Source: Escherichia phage Ecp_YSF
Direction: 5' to 3' (one strand)
Length of the DNA stretch: 53,268 bases
Sequence record: OR327751.1
Numbering within the stretch: the stretch's first letter is position 1; each line of letters opens with the position of its first letter. Below are positions 44,697-52,092 of the stretch, one piece after another. The position numbers were made by a program, and so were the translations under genes. The notes beneath the pieces were generated by a model. It was not told the DNA's origin. It did not search any database and saw only the letters and a program-made list of their open reading frames with translations.

Positions 44697-45411
44697 AATC
44701 TTCGAAATTCCAGTAAATCTGGTTAAGAATGGTGATACACTTTGGTATGGAAATAAAGAGTATCCAATCGTAAATGTAGTACGTCTACGAGACTGCACAA
44801 CACTTAACTACTTATTGGGAAAAGACCAGAGCGGATACTTTAACTTCGAAAACAGTCGAATTGTTAAACTCATCGACAAACAAAATGAATTCAATATTCC
44901 TTACACTGCGGTGTCACCAACAATTGAGTTCCCTAATCAAATAAAACCAGCATTCCTTCCTGTGGAGGAGTTCAAGAAGCAGGAAATATCCGATGAAGAA
45001 GATGTTCTCGGAAAAGATGTGGAAGTTGGTGACGTTATTTGGTACAACGCCAATTGGGCAACTGTTACAAATGTGTACAAACATCCAAACTCGCCATACA
45101 ACAAAGTCAATATTGACTACGATGGTGTAAAAGGTTTGCAAGTACGACTAACGTTAACCGGAACTTACTCAAGAAAGGTAAGAGCAGTAATGGAAACATT
45201 AAATATTCAAAATGCAATCGAAGCACAACGAATTCTTCTGCAAAAGCTGGAGCAAATGCTGGAAGCAATCCTACTTGAGCCAGGAGAAGATGGCAAGATT
45301 GCGGTAGTAAACACATCGTTTCGTGTTGATAAGGCAACAGTTGTTAAAGTAACGCGAGATGAAATGAAAGCTGCCGCAAACAAATCCGCAGAGCTTATCA
45401 AGAAGCTGTAA
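44686..45411 (+). CDS. early hypothetical protein (241 aa) with two SH3-like GD.(L/I)WY segments
   Basis: ATG 44686 follows TGAGGA. The ORF-track start is 44674. Confidence 0.6.
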   Translation: MGARIFEIPVNLVKNGDTLWYGNKEYPIVNVVRLRDCTTLNYLLGKDQSGYFNFENSRIVKLIDKQNEFNIPYTAVSPTIEFPNQIKPAFLPVEEFKKQEISDEEDVLGKDVEVGDVIWYNANWATVTNVYKHPNSPYNKVNIDYDGVKGLQVRLTLTGTYSRKVRAVMETLNIQNAIEAQRILLQKLEQMLEAILLEPGEDGKIAVVNTSFRVDKATVVKVTRDEMKAAANKSAELIKKL

Positions 45412-45417
45412 TTAACA

Positions 45418-45443
45418 GAGGCCATTCCACTTCGAGTGGCCTC
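45418..45443 (+). terminator. putative terminator hairpin
   Basis: GAGGCCATTC-CACTTC-GAGTGGCCTC (10 bp) followed by GATTAATTATT. Confidence 0.5.
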
Positions 45444-45463
45444 GATTAATTATTGGAGGATTT

Positions 45464-45595
45464 ATGTGGGATATTTATCTTGAAGGTGTTGACGAGCCAA
45501 TTTCAACACTTAATACACAATTTATTGCAGTTGGGTGTGCAATTCTTTATAAAGGTAAGTTACACACTGTATCTAAAATCGTTCAGAGGTTTTAA
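45464..45595 (+). CDS. 43-aa hypothetical protein (not in the ORF track)
   Basis: A strong GGAGG lies 4 nt upstream of the ATG. Translation begins MWDIYLEGVDEPIS... Confidence 0.5.
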   Translation: MWDIYLEGVDEPISTLNTQFIAVGCAILYKGKLHTVSKIVQRF

Positions 45596-45597
45596 TT

Positions 45598-45957
45598 GTG
45601 AAACTTAAGTACATTATTATTTATACTTTAGCATTAATTGTTTTGGCATTCTTTAGCTTTGAGTCTAAAGCGTCAACAAAGAACTTCAAATGTGGAGCGT
45701 ATACTCTTGTAGTTGATAACATCGGAGACAGCCAACCTCTGATTGCGTCAATAATTCCTGAAGCTGGTGTTTGGATAGAGGTTCCAAGTGATGAACCCAA
45801 TCCTGCAACAGTTTTATTTTACAACATTAAAGATAGCAGGTTTGCTGCACTGTTTATAAATCATGAAGATAAACTTGTGCTACAGATTTTCCGTGATGGG
45901 GATTTCCTCAAAGCAAACTATCCTGTCTTGTCCACCAGCTGTACGGAGAAGAAATGA
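45598..45957 (+). CDS. secreted/periplasmic hypothetical protein (signal peptide)
   Basis: N-terminus MKLKYIIIYTLALIVLAFFSFESKAS. Confidence 0.55.
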   Translation: MKLKYIIIYTLALIVLAFFSFESKASTKNFKCGAYTLVVDNIGDSQPLIASIIPEAGVWIEVPSDEPNPATVLFYNIKDSRFAALFINHEDKLVLQIFRDGDFLKANYPVLSTSCTEKK

Positions 45958-46187
45958 CTTCAACAGAATTTATTATTGATGGGGTTCAATACCTGCTGGA
46001 ATCCAATTGCGAGTATCGCCATTGGGCAGTAATTCACGACCGAGTTGTAAAATACTTGGAACGTGTAGGGAAGGAAACTGCTAAATCTATGCTGTTTGAG
46101 GCAACAGTTCTTGGAACAACCTCAATCAATAAAGAATTAGTGTCTTTCAAATTAACCATTCACCCTAGTGGGAATAGCTTTCAATGA
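45954..46187 (+). CDS. hypothetical protein (77 aa)
   Basis: ATGA overlap with the upstream gene. Confidence 0.55.
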   Translation: MTSTEFIIDGVQYLLESNCEYRHWAVIHDRVVKYLERVGKETAKSMLFEATVLGTTSINKELVSFKLTIHPSGNSFQ

Positions 46188-46459
46188 TTTCAATAGACCA
46201 AGTTCCAGTTGAACTAAGTAAGGCAAAAGGTAAGCTAGATGATGCCAAATCTGACTTATCTACCTTTGATTTAAATGCTCCGGCCGATAAAGTTAAGGTT
46301 TTCATCGACTGTATTGATGGATGGGTGCTTATTGAGCATGGAGTCCTTCGAGCATTACTTGTTGATGAAGTTGCCAAGGCTCAGGAAGCATTTGACGAGA
46401 TTGATAACCTCAACACACTGTTAAACAACACTTTAAGCGATGCGCTAAAGGATAAGTAA
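46184..46459 (+). CDS. hypothetical protein (91 aa)
   Basis: ATGA overlap with the upstream gene. Confidence 0.55.
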   Translation: MISIDQVPVELSKAKGKLDDAKSDLSTFDLNAPADKVKVFIDCIDGWVLIEHGVLRALLVDEVAKAQEAFDEIDNLNTLLNNTLSDALKDK

Positions 46460-46854
46460 TGAATGTTAAGCTCGGTCAACGTTCTTTGGACCGACTTAAG
46501 GGAGTAAATCCTTCATTAGTTGCAGTTTTCAAACGTGCATGTGAAACGATGCCTTTTGATGTGACTGTTTTGGAAGGTTTACGCTCTTATGAACGTCAAC
46601 AAGAACTATTAAAACAGGGTGCAACCAAAGTTTCAGTTAGCCGACACATGTCAGGCAACGCTTTGGACATTGCGCCGTACCCAATTGACTGGAATGACCT
46701 TGAACGATTCCAAATTGTGGCTGAACACATGTTCAAAGCCGCAGAAGAGCTTGGAGTTGTTATTCGCTGGGGCGGAACATGGGAACGAACCTTCACTAAG
46801 CCAGTGAAATGGGCCAAGTTCCTTGATGCACCGCACTTCGAACTTCCGGCATAA
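46459..46854 (+). CDS. peptidase M15 (VanY / T5 L-alanyl-D-glutamate endopeptidase-like) peptidoglycan hydrolase
   Basis: Zinc-ligand pattern SRHMSGNALDIAP...DAPHFE (H..D...H). Confidence 0.8.
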   Translation: MNVKLGQRSLDRLKGVNPSLVAVFKRACETMPFDVTVLEGLRSYERQQELLKQGATKVSVSRHMSGNALDIAPYPIDWNDLERFQIVAEHMFKAAEELGVVIRWGGTWERTFTKPVKWAKFLDAPHFELPA

Positions 46855-46862
46855 CTTCATCA

Positions 46863-47153
46863 ATGGAGCATCCGATGGAATATCAGGAAATACCGAAAGA
46901 GTTAGAGCGTATGCAATCTCGCACATATCGTGCAGGGGCAGAACTCCACCAGCATTTGTCAAACTATGTGAACGATTCTCGAAATCTCAGGTCCGAAATT
47001 GCGGTTGATGGTTGTTGCTATCTGGTAACATACGACGAGAAGACCGCCATACTAGACATGCTAGTAAAGGGTGGAAAAGAGCGAATTGAACAGCTCAAAA
47101 TCCTTAATGCGGAACTTCAAGGCATGTGGGAGAAACTCAATGCAAAACGATAA
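46863..47153 (+). CDS. hypothetical coiled-coil protein
   Basis: ATG 46875 follows GGAG and is an alternative start. Confidence 0.5.
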   Translation: MEHPMEYQEIPKELERMQSRTYRAGAELHQHLSNYVNDSRNLRSEIAVDGCCYLVTYDEKTAILDMLVKGGKERIEQLKILNAELQGMWEKLNAKR

Positions 47154-47688
47154 CATTGCTCAAGCAGTAGAACAGCTTAAGTCCTGGCGTAGAGATGAAA
47201 CCTTATTGGTTCGTTTCTACACAGGCGAAACTAATTCTGAATTTGTAGATGCGTGGATTGATGGCCTGTCTTGGCGTCATTATGATTTCGACATGCGGGA
47301 GTATTTGCATGAAGAATATGGCATCGAGTATCCAGAATCCGGTACATACGACGTAATTGAATCGAATGAGGAAGATGTTACCGAAGTTTGCTTTGTTGAC
47401 GGGCTGTTCAGCATTCGTAAATATGACAAGTTCAACGAACTGCTTGTTGATACTGACTTGGACGTAATTCTTGCGGCATTCCGTAGCGGTGATATCGACA
47501 TTTTCACTGTAGACGATTTGAATGACAAGGTTATTTGCCGATGTGATTCAATTGCGGATTATTTCCAGCAATATGATGGCATAGAAGTTCCAGACCATCT
47601 TCGTCCATATATCGATTGGGATGCAGTTGCGAGAGATTACGGAAGTGATTACACTTTCTCCGAAGGGATACTATTCTCAAATGCGTGA
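47140..47688 (+). CDS. ArdA-like antirestriction protein
   Basis: Very acidic. The C-terminal VPDHLRPYIDWDAVARDYGSDYTFSEGILF matches the ArdA P....YxDyeAyARD....f pattern. ATG 47140 follows GGGAGA. Confidence 0.65.
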   Translation: MQNDNIAQAVEQLKSWRRDETLLVRFYTGETNSEFVDAWIDGLSWRHYDFDMREYLHEEYGIEYPESGTYDVIESNEEDVTEVCFVDGLFSIRKYDKFNELLVDTDLDVILAAFRSGDIDIFTVDDLNDKVICRCDSIADYFQQYDGIEVPDHLRPYIDWDAVARDYGSDYTFSEGILFSNA

Positions 47689-47920
47689 TTTAAATATCGC
47701 TGAACTTGAGGCTGGATTGATTGTCCACCACCAGCCTCGAAACACTTTCTATCGTATTCTTGGGCCTACAAAGATTAAAACTCATTGCGGAAGTTGGGTA
47801 GATGGGTTTGCTTACCAAGAAGTTAAGAAGTACGGGGACCATACTTTCTTAAGTATTGATTCTTCTACTATCTACACACGACCGAAAGAGTTATTTGACT
47901 CAGATTGGAAAACGCTATAG
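47681..47920 (+). CDS. DUF1653-like small protein
   Basis: Pattern HHQPRNTFYRILGP...YTRPKELF. Confidence 0.5.
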   Translation: MRDLNIAELEAGLIVHHQPRNTFYRILGPTKIKTHCGSWVDGFAYQEVKKYGDHTFLSIDSSTIYTRPKELFDSDWKTL

Positions 47921-47943
47921 TTCCAGGCGGGTTTCTTCGAAGT

Positions 47944-47971
47944 GCCAAGCGGGTTTTGTACTCGCATTGGC
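47944..47971 (+). terminator. hairpin between the early gene and promoter P6
   Basis: GCCAAGCGGG-TTTTGTA-CTCGC(A)TTGGC: 10 bp with one bulge. Confidence 0.35.
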
Positions 47972-47984
47972 CTTCGGCTTTAGT

Positions 47985-48007
47985 CTGAAACATTAGTGGG
48001 ATTTGAT
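47985..48007 (+). promoter_or_regulatory. phage RNA polymerase promoter P6
   Basis: CTGAAACATTAGTGGGATTTGAT. Confidence 0.5.
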
Positions 48008-48124
48008 TCTGACCACTTAGGGAAGAAAGGCATTATACACTTATCGCCAAATGGGTGTCAAGCACTTTCTTCATTTATTTAATTTATTCTTATTATTCTT
48101 TTTGTTTGGAATATTGGAATAATC

Positions 48125-48147
48125 CTGAAACATTAGTTGGAATTGGA
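48125..48147 (+). promoter_or_regulatory. phage RNA polymerase promoter P7
   Basis: CTGAAACATTAGTTGGAATTGGA, which abuts ATG 48148. Confidence 0.55.
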
Positions 48148-48324
48148 ATGATTAAAGTTCTGGAAAAAGATAACGTAACCTTCGCACGTCAGTGTGGAGG
48201 ATGTTTCTCTGTAGTATCTTACGTGTTCTCTGACTTAAAGATGTACACAGGAAAGAATGACCGAGGATACTTCGCATACAGATTCATTACTTGTCCTGTT
48301 TGCAAGAAGAGTATTCGGCATTAG
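48148..48324 (+). CDS. zinc-ribbon protein (58 aa)
   Basis: CGGC...CPVC. The ORF-track start 48055 gives an AT-rich, low-complexity extension. Confidence 0.5.
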   Translation: MIKVLEKDNVTFARQCGGCFSVVSYVFSDLKMYTGKNDRGYFAYRFITCPVCKKSIRH

Positions 48325-48335
48325 TTGGAATTGAA
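48313..48335 (+). promoter_or_regulatory. phage RNA polymerase promoter P8
   Basis: Core ATTAGTTGGAATTGAA matches at 14 of 16 positions. It overlaps the stop codon of the preceding gene. Confidence 0.6.
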
Positions 48336-48348
48336 ACAACATCAGATA

Positions 48349-48420
48349 AGAGCTTTGTAACTAGGTAGTCCGTCTGGTACCAAGACGTGTGAGAACGTTC
48401 GATTCGTTCTACAAAGCTCT
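48349..48420 (+). ncRNA. tRNA-like RNA element TL1 (acceptor/T-arm intact, reduced D arm, non-decoding anticodon-like loop)
   Basis: 11-bp stem 48349-59/48410-20. T arm GAACG-TTCGATT-CGTTC (48393-48409). Arm CGTCT-GGTACCA-AGACG (48371-48387). Lies 14 nt downstream of P8. Confidence 0.45.
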
Positions 48421-48969
48421 TTTCGATGGAATGTTTCCATCATATACATTTATCTTTTAACATAGGCCAAAGGGCCGGAATACTTATTCGCAGAAAAGCT
48501 ATTCACTTGTTATAGGCGATGTATTGGGATGAATTAGAACTAAATAAGCAAGCTGTTAGGGCTGAATAATTAGAGGGTTGTGCCTCATGCTTATGTTAGT
48601 CATTCGAAAATAGGTTTGTGCCACAAGCTGCTGGTGCTCTGAGGAAGTCGGACAAACAGGGCTTAGAGTGGCATAATCCGCACAAAACCGCGCCACCAGC
48701 TATGCCAAAGCAGGTGGATTGGGTGAATGTATTGGGAAGGGTTGCAAAGCCTCTGCGAGCACGGTATCGCGTATAATAAGTGACGTCTGCGCTGCGTGTA
48801 TCGCACCCTAACGGGAGTAACCCTTCGCCAATGCAGTTATCCAGAATTGACACAAACGGTAGGCAGTGGCCCGATTTTCGGCCTTCCTGTGCTACCCTGT
48901 GGCCTGTTTCATGGGCCAAAAGATGAGAAGAGAAGTCACAAACCCCGAATCGAAAATTGGAGAGTTCCT

Positions 48970-49260
48970 ATGATTCGCAAACATTCTATCCGGGTAATTA
49001 AGGCCCGTAATATTCACACAGGAGAGATGGAAGCATTCGCTTTCTTGGGTGGAAAGTTTTATTTATTTGGTTGGGAAGGAAGTGATTTAAAGTTTGAATT
49101 CTTTATGAATATGTACTCGATTAAAGAGTTGTTAAACAATGCGACCTACGGACCATCCTACATGGAATATTGTTTCGGCAAGCCAGTCGAGCATCTTCTG
49201 TCCAAATCTTTCATTTACAGCTGGACAACAAACCAACCAGTTTACGGAGTTCCATTTTGA
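48970..49260 (+). CDS. hypothetical protein (96 aa)
   Basis: ATG 48970 lies 7 nt after GGAG. The ORF-track start 48796 extends into ORF-free structured sequence. Confidence 0.55.
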   Translation: MIRKHSIRVIKARNIHTGEMEAFAFLGGKFYLFGWEGSDLKFEFFMNMYSIKELLNNATYGPSYMEYCFGKPVEHLLSKSFIYSWTTNQPVYGVPF

Positions 49261-49547
49261 ACTTACAAGACAAATCTAAAGAAGAGTTGATTGAGATTAT
49301 CCAGAAAGAGCACGAACTCGCTGGCATCACAATCAACTATGAACTCCGGGCAATGCAAGCTGTTGCTTTGGGTCATGGTCTAATGGCTACACTCATTCAT
49401 GCCAAGAATGTGTTAGGCATTGACAACGAAAAATACCAAATTCTGGAGAAAGCTGCGCAAGAGCGGATTTCGCAGTGCTTGGTGACATTAGTTGATTTGG
49501 GAATCGACGCAGAAACTGCGAACAAACGTATCCTACAAGGCCACTAA
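49257..49547 (+). CDS. hypothetical protein (96 aa)
   Basis: TTG 49257 shows TTGA coupling with the upstream stop, and GGAG (49246-49249) lies 7 nt upstream. Confidence 0.5.
   Translation: MNLQDKSKEELIEIIQKEHELAGITINYELRAMQAVALGHGLMATLIHAKNVLGIDNEKYQILEKAAQERISQCLVTLVDLGIDAETANKRILQGH
49480..49502 (+). promoter_or_regulatory. weak promoter-like site inside coding sequence
   Basis: GTGACATTAGTTGATTTGGGA. The core matches at 11 of 16 positions. Confidence 0.25.
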
Positions 49548-49548
49548 A

Positions 49549-50223
49549 ATGTCTTATCATGATGATGACAAAGAGATTGCACTATCAACGTGTAAGCAAT
49601 GGCTCAATGATAATGATGCCGTCTATCTTGCCAAGGAAGATGTTATCATTATGTGGGTCCATTTTAATCCAGAATCGAAGCGCGGTGAGTGGCAACGCTA
49701 CAAGATGAAAGAGGCTTGTCGCATAATTAAAGCCACACGCGCTGGCTTCTCTGCTATGAAATACATCAAGCCAGAGATGCTGATGCTTGCTGCACAGGAA
49801 GAAGAACGTGCATATAAGCAAGCTGTTAAATCTCGTTCAACTGTTCCTCCAGAGTTCTTTAATTTGGAGCGCGCTGGACACTTCAACAATTTAGAAATGT
49901 TGACACTGTGCCTGTTGCAAGAATTAGTTGGAAGAGGACAAAACATTGAAGCTGTTTGTCTTGGAGAACTTATGAAAGAGTTGTTCTCGGCAAAGGGCTT
50001 TGCTGTGCCAAATCGAACTTTACGCTGGAAATTGTTGCGAGCAGTCGCTCAAGAAGCTGGTGTAGTTGTTCGTGACAGAACAAACCGACTCACTGTAACT
50101 GGAGTTGGGCGTTTTGTAGCAATCCAGATTGAGGGTTATGACGAATCAATCATCACTGAACTCACTGTCGATGAGACAAAGGATTTAGTAAATAAAACAC
50201 TAGAACGATTCAATAGATACTGA
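49549..50223 (+). CDS. hypothetical protein (224 aa)
   Basis: First ATG after the upstream stop codon. Confidence 0.55.
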   Translation: MSYHDDDKEIALSTCKQWLNDNDAVYLAKEDVIIMWVHFNPESKRGEWQRYKMKEACRIIKATRAGFSAMKYIKPEMLMLAAQEEERAYKQAVKSRSTVPPEFFNLERAGHFNNLEMLTLCLLQELVGRGQNIEAVCLGELMKELFSAKGFAVPNRTLRWKLLRAVAQEAGVVVRDRTNRLTVTGVGRFVAIQIEGYDESIITELTVDETKDLVNKTLERFNRY

Positions 50224-50247
50224 GTCGTTTGACGAATCAGAGCAGTT

Positions 50248-50270
50248 CTGAAACATTAGTTGGATGTGGA
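50248..50270 (+). promoter_or_regulatory. phage RNA polymerase promoter P10
   Basis: CTGAAACATTAGTTGGATGTGGA, with the core matching at 15 of 16 positions. Hairpin at 50220-50240 just upstream. Confidence 0.7.
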
Positions 50271-50346
50271 AAGAGAAAGGCTCTTTAATTTTATCTAAGT
50301 CACGTCATCGTGGCGTGCAAAACTATTCAATATAAGGTATATACAA

Positions 50347-50685
50347 ATGGCTAAGATTGTAACCGTAACTCAGTACGAAGCTAACGATGGTTCCCTGTTC
50401 CTGACCGAAGCAGAGTGTAATGCACACGACTTCAAACTGGAAAACGGTGCTAAAATTGAGAAAGCTGCCGAAGCGTACCTGAACACCGTTGGCGCTATCG
50501 ACCGTTCTCGCTCCATGCAGAAGAACACCATCGAGCAGTTCCTGGCATTCTACCTGCCGTGGGTTGAAGCTGGTGAGCCGGAAGTTGAGCGTACTAAGTT
50601 CGATACTCCGAAAGAAGCCAAAGTTGCTGACGCAAGTGTTGCCGAAGCTGCCGAAGCTGCTGTTGAAGAAGCTCCGGTATTCTAA
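50347..50685 (+). CDS. abundantly expressed acidic protein of unknown function (112 aa; tail ..EEAPVF)
   Basis: Strongly biased, capsid-like codon usage. Has its own promoter, P10. Confidence 0.65.
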   Translation: MAKIVTVTQYEANDGSLFLTEAECNAHDFKLENGAKIEKAAEAYLNTVGAIDRSRSMQKNTIEQFLAFYLPWVEAGEPEVERTKFDTPKEAKVADASVAEAAEAAVEEAPVF

Positions 50686-51583
50686 GTTGCCGATGGCAAA
50701 CTTGAGAGACTAAGCTAAATCGATCTGGCATGCACTGGGAGATCTGCCAGTGCTGCCTTGAATCCCATTCCAGAGTGAGTGGGCTTCAATGAGCATTCTT
50801 GTGATTAGAGTTGGGAGGTAGGCCGATGCCCAAGCTCGTGGCCCAGACAAGAGTGTTCATTGAAGTAGTTTTCTGAGTCTTACGACGGGCCTAAACTGCC
50901 TGGAGTTATTGCGACTGTTTTATTCATTTAAAATAAATGCAAATGATTCTGAAATGCGAGTTGCGGCTTAATTAAATTTAAGTCCTCTCCGTGGTCTTCC
51001 AATCCCACGTAACCAAATTTGGCGCATTGTGGCTTCGAGATGTGATTAATAAATCGGAGCAATAATTAATTTGTATTCTGCGATGCAAAGCAGGCTTAAG
51101 TCCTCCAGTGCGCGTGGGGATGTGACAGAGTACAAACTTAATTATGCAGTTGGATATTTCTAGAGGACGGACGAGCACACTGGAATGTCTTCAATTGGTT
51201 TAGTGTGAGAAGCTATGCCAATTTGAAACGTAACTCCTTGGGGAAGTGCTCCTCTGGATTTCCCTCCACACAGGAATCTCAAGCCTGTGGCAGCGACTTC
51301 GAAGCTGCACTGCGTAACCTAATTCACCCTAAAGTGAGTTGCCCTGAGCATGGAAATAAACTGCTCTAACCGATGGTATCTACAAAGGTAGATTAAATCA
51401 GGTTGCCTGTTGGTACTTGGGTTCAACACCTGCTTGCACTCGCAAAGTAGTGCCTCGTACCTGAGATGAAGTGAGTCGGGACCATCAATCCCACGTTATG
51501 TCAAAACACAGTAGGCGACTCACAGATTCTACAAGCCTCGCAGTTCGGGAAAACCTGCGTTATCAAAACCCCCCCCTCAATTT

Positions 51584-51679
51584 GGACGAGTAGCTCAGAA
51601 GGTCTGCTCCAGAGCTTAGTCAGGTAGAGCAATCTGTTCGACAGATGTGTCGTTGGTTCGAATCCAACCTCGTCCACCA
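51584..51679 (+). tRNA. aberrant tRNA (probable anticodon UCG, Arg) with a 19-21-nt hairpin insertion in the D loop and encoded CCA
   Basis: Acceptor GGACGAG/CTCGTCC. T arm GTTGG-TTCGAAT-CCAAC. D stem GCTC/GAGC enclosing the extra hairpin 51599-51617. The anticodon arm is only 15 nt. Confidence 0.6.
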
Positions 51680-51706
51680 ACTCTCAATAATAAACATGGA
51701 GTCCTT

Positions 51707-51847
51707 ATGGACATTGATGCACTAGACAATTTGGACTTCGGTGCTGCCGAAGAAGCAATTGAAGAACTCAAGAAAAAGCAGGACGAAGAAGCAATCGTTC
51801 CTGGTGCTGGCGATAACGACTGCTCAAGTGGTGCGTGCGCCATCTAA
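51707..51847 (+). CDS. 46-aa acidic peptide with a Cys-rich end (..DCSSGACAI)
   Basis: ATG 51707 lies 5 nt after GGAG. The ORF-track start 51647 lies inside the tRNA. Confidence 0.4.
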   Translation: MDIDALDNLDFGAAEEAIEELKKKQDEEAIVPGAGDNDCSSGACAI

Positions 51848-51855
51848 GGTGATTT

Positions 51856-52092
51856 ATGCAACAGCTTAAATCAATAATTCTTGGCGTCCTGACTGCATTT
51901 GGTATTATCATTGCAGTGTTCCTCAAAGGCAAAAGCTCAGGCAAAGCCGAGGAGCGTCAGGAAGCCACAGAGAAGCAACTAGATTCATTAAAAGAATCTA
52001 TCGAGATTAAATCGCATGTTCAGAAAGAAGTGTCTAGCAGTTCTGATAGCAATGTCGATAGTGAGTTGCTCTCAAAGTGGGTTCGTAAGTGA
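51856..52092 (+). CDS. i-spanin (Rz-like)
   Basis: N-terminal TM segment IILGVLTAFGIIIAVFL followed by charged coiled-coil sequence. Confidence 0.6.
   Translation: MQQLKSIILGVLTAFGIIIAVFLKGKSSGKAEERQEATEKQLDSLKESIEIKSHVQKEVSSSSDSNVDSELLSKWVRK

Noticed and set aside
48596-48969. - strand ORF 48596-48919 (107 aa) and the N-terminal extension of the + strand ORF from 48796.
   Set aside because: There is no RBS and the peptide composition looks random. A good GGAG-ATG at 48970 defines the real gene, so the region is treated as non-coding RNA.
49923-49938. Additional promoter-core matches inside coding sequence: 49923, 46515, 14193, 1010 and 8486.
   Set aside because: They match at 11/16 or fewer positions, lack the CTGAAAC extension, and lie within ORFs. 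They are compatible with chance or codon constraints and are kept only as low-priority candidates.
50826-50876. 16-codon ORF (MPKLVAQTRVFIEVVF) with GGGAGG 7 nt upstream.
   Set aside because: It is too short to support from sequence alone. It could be a leader peptide, but there is no further evidence.
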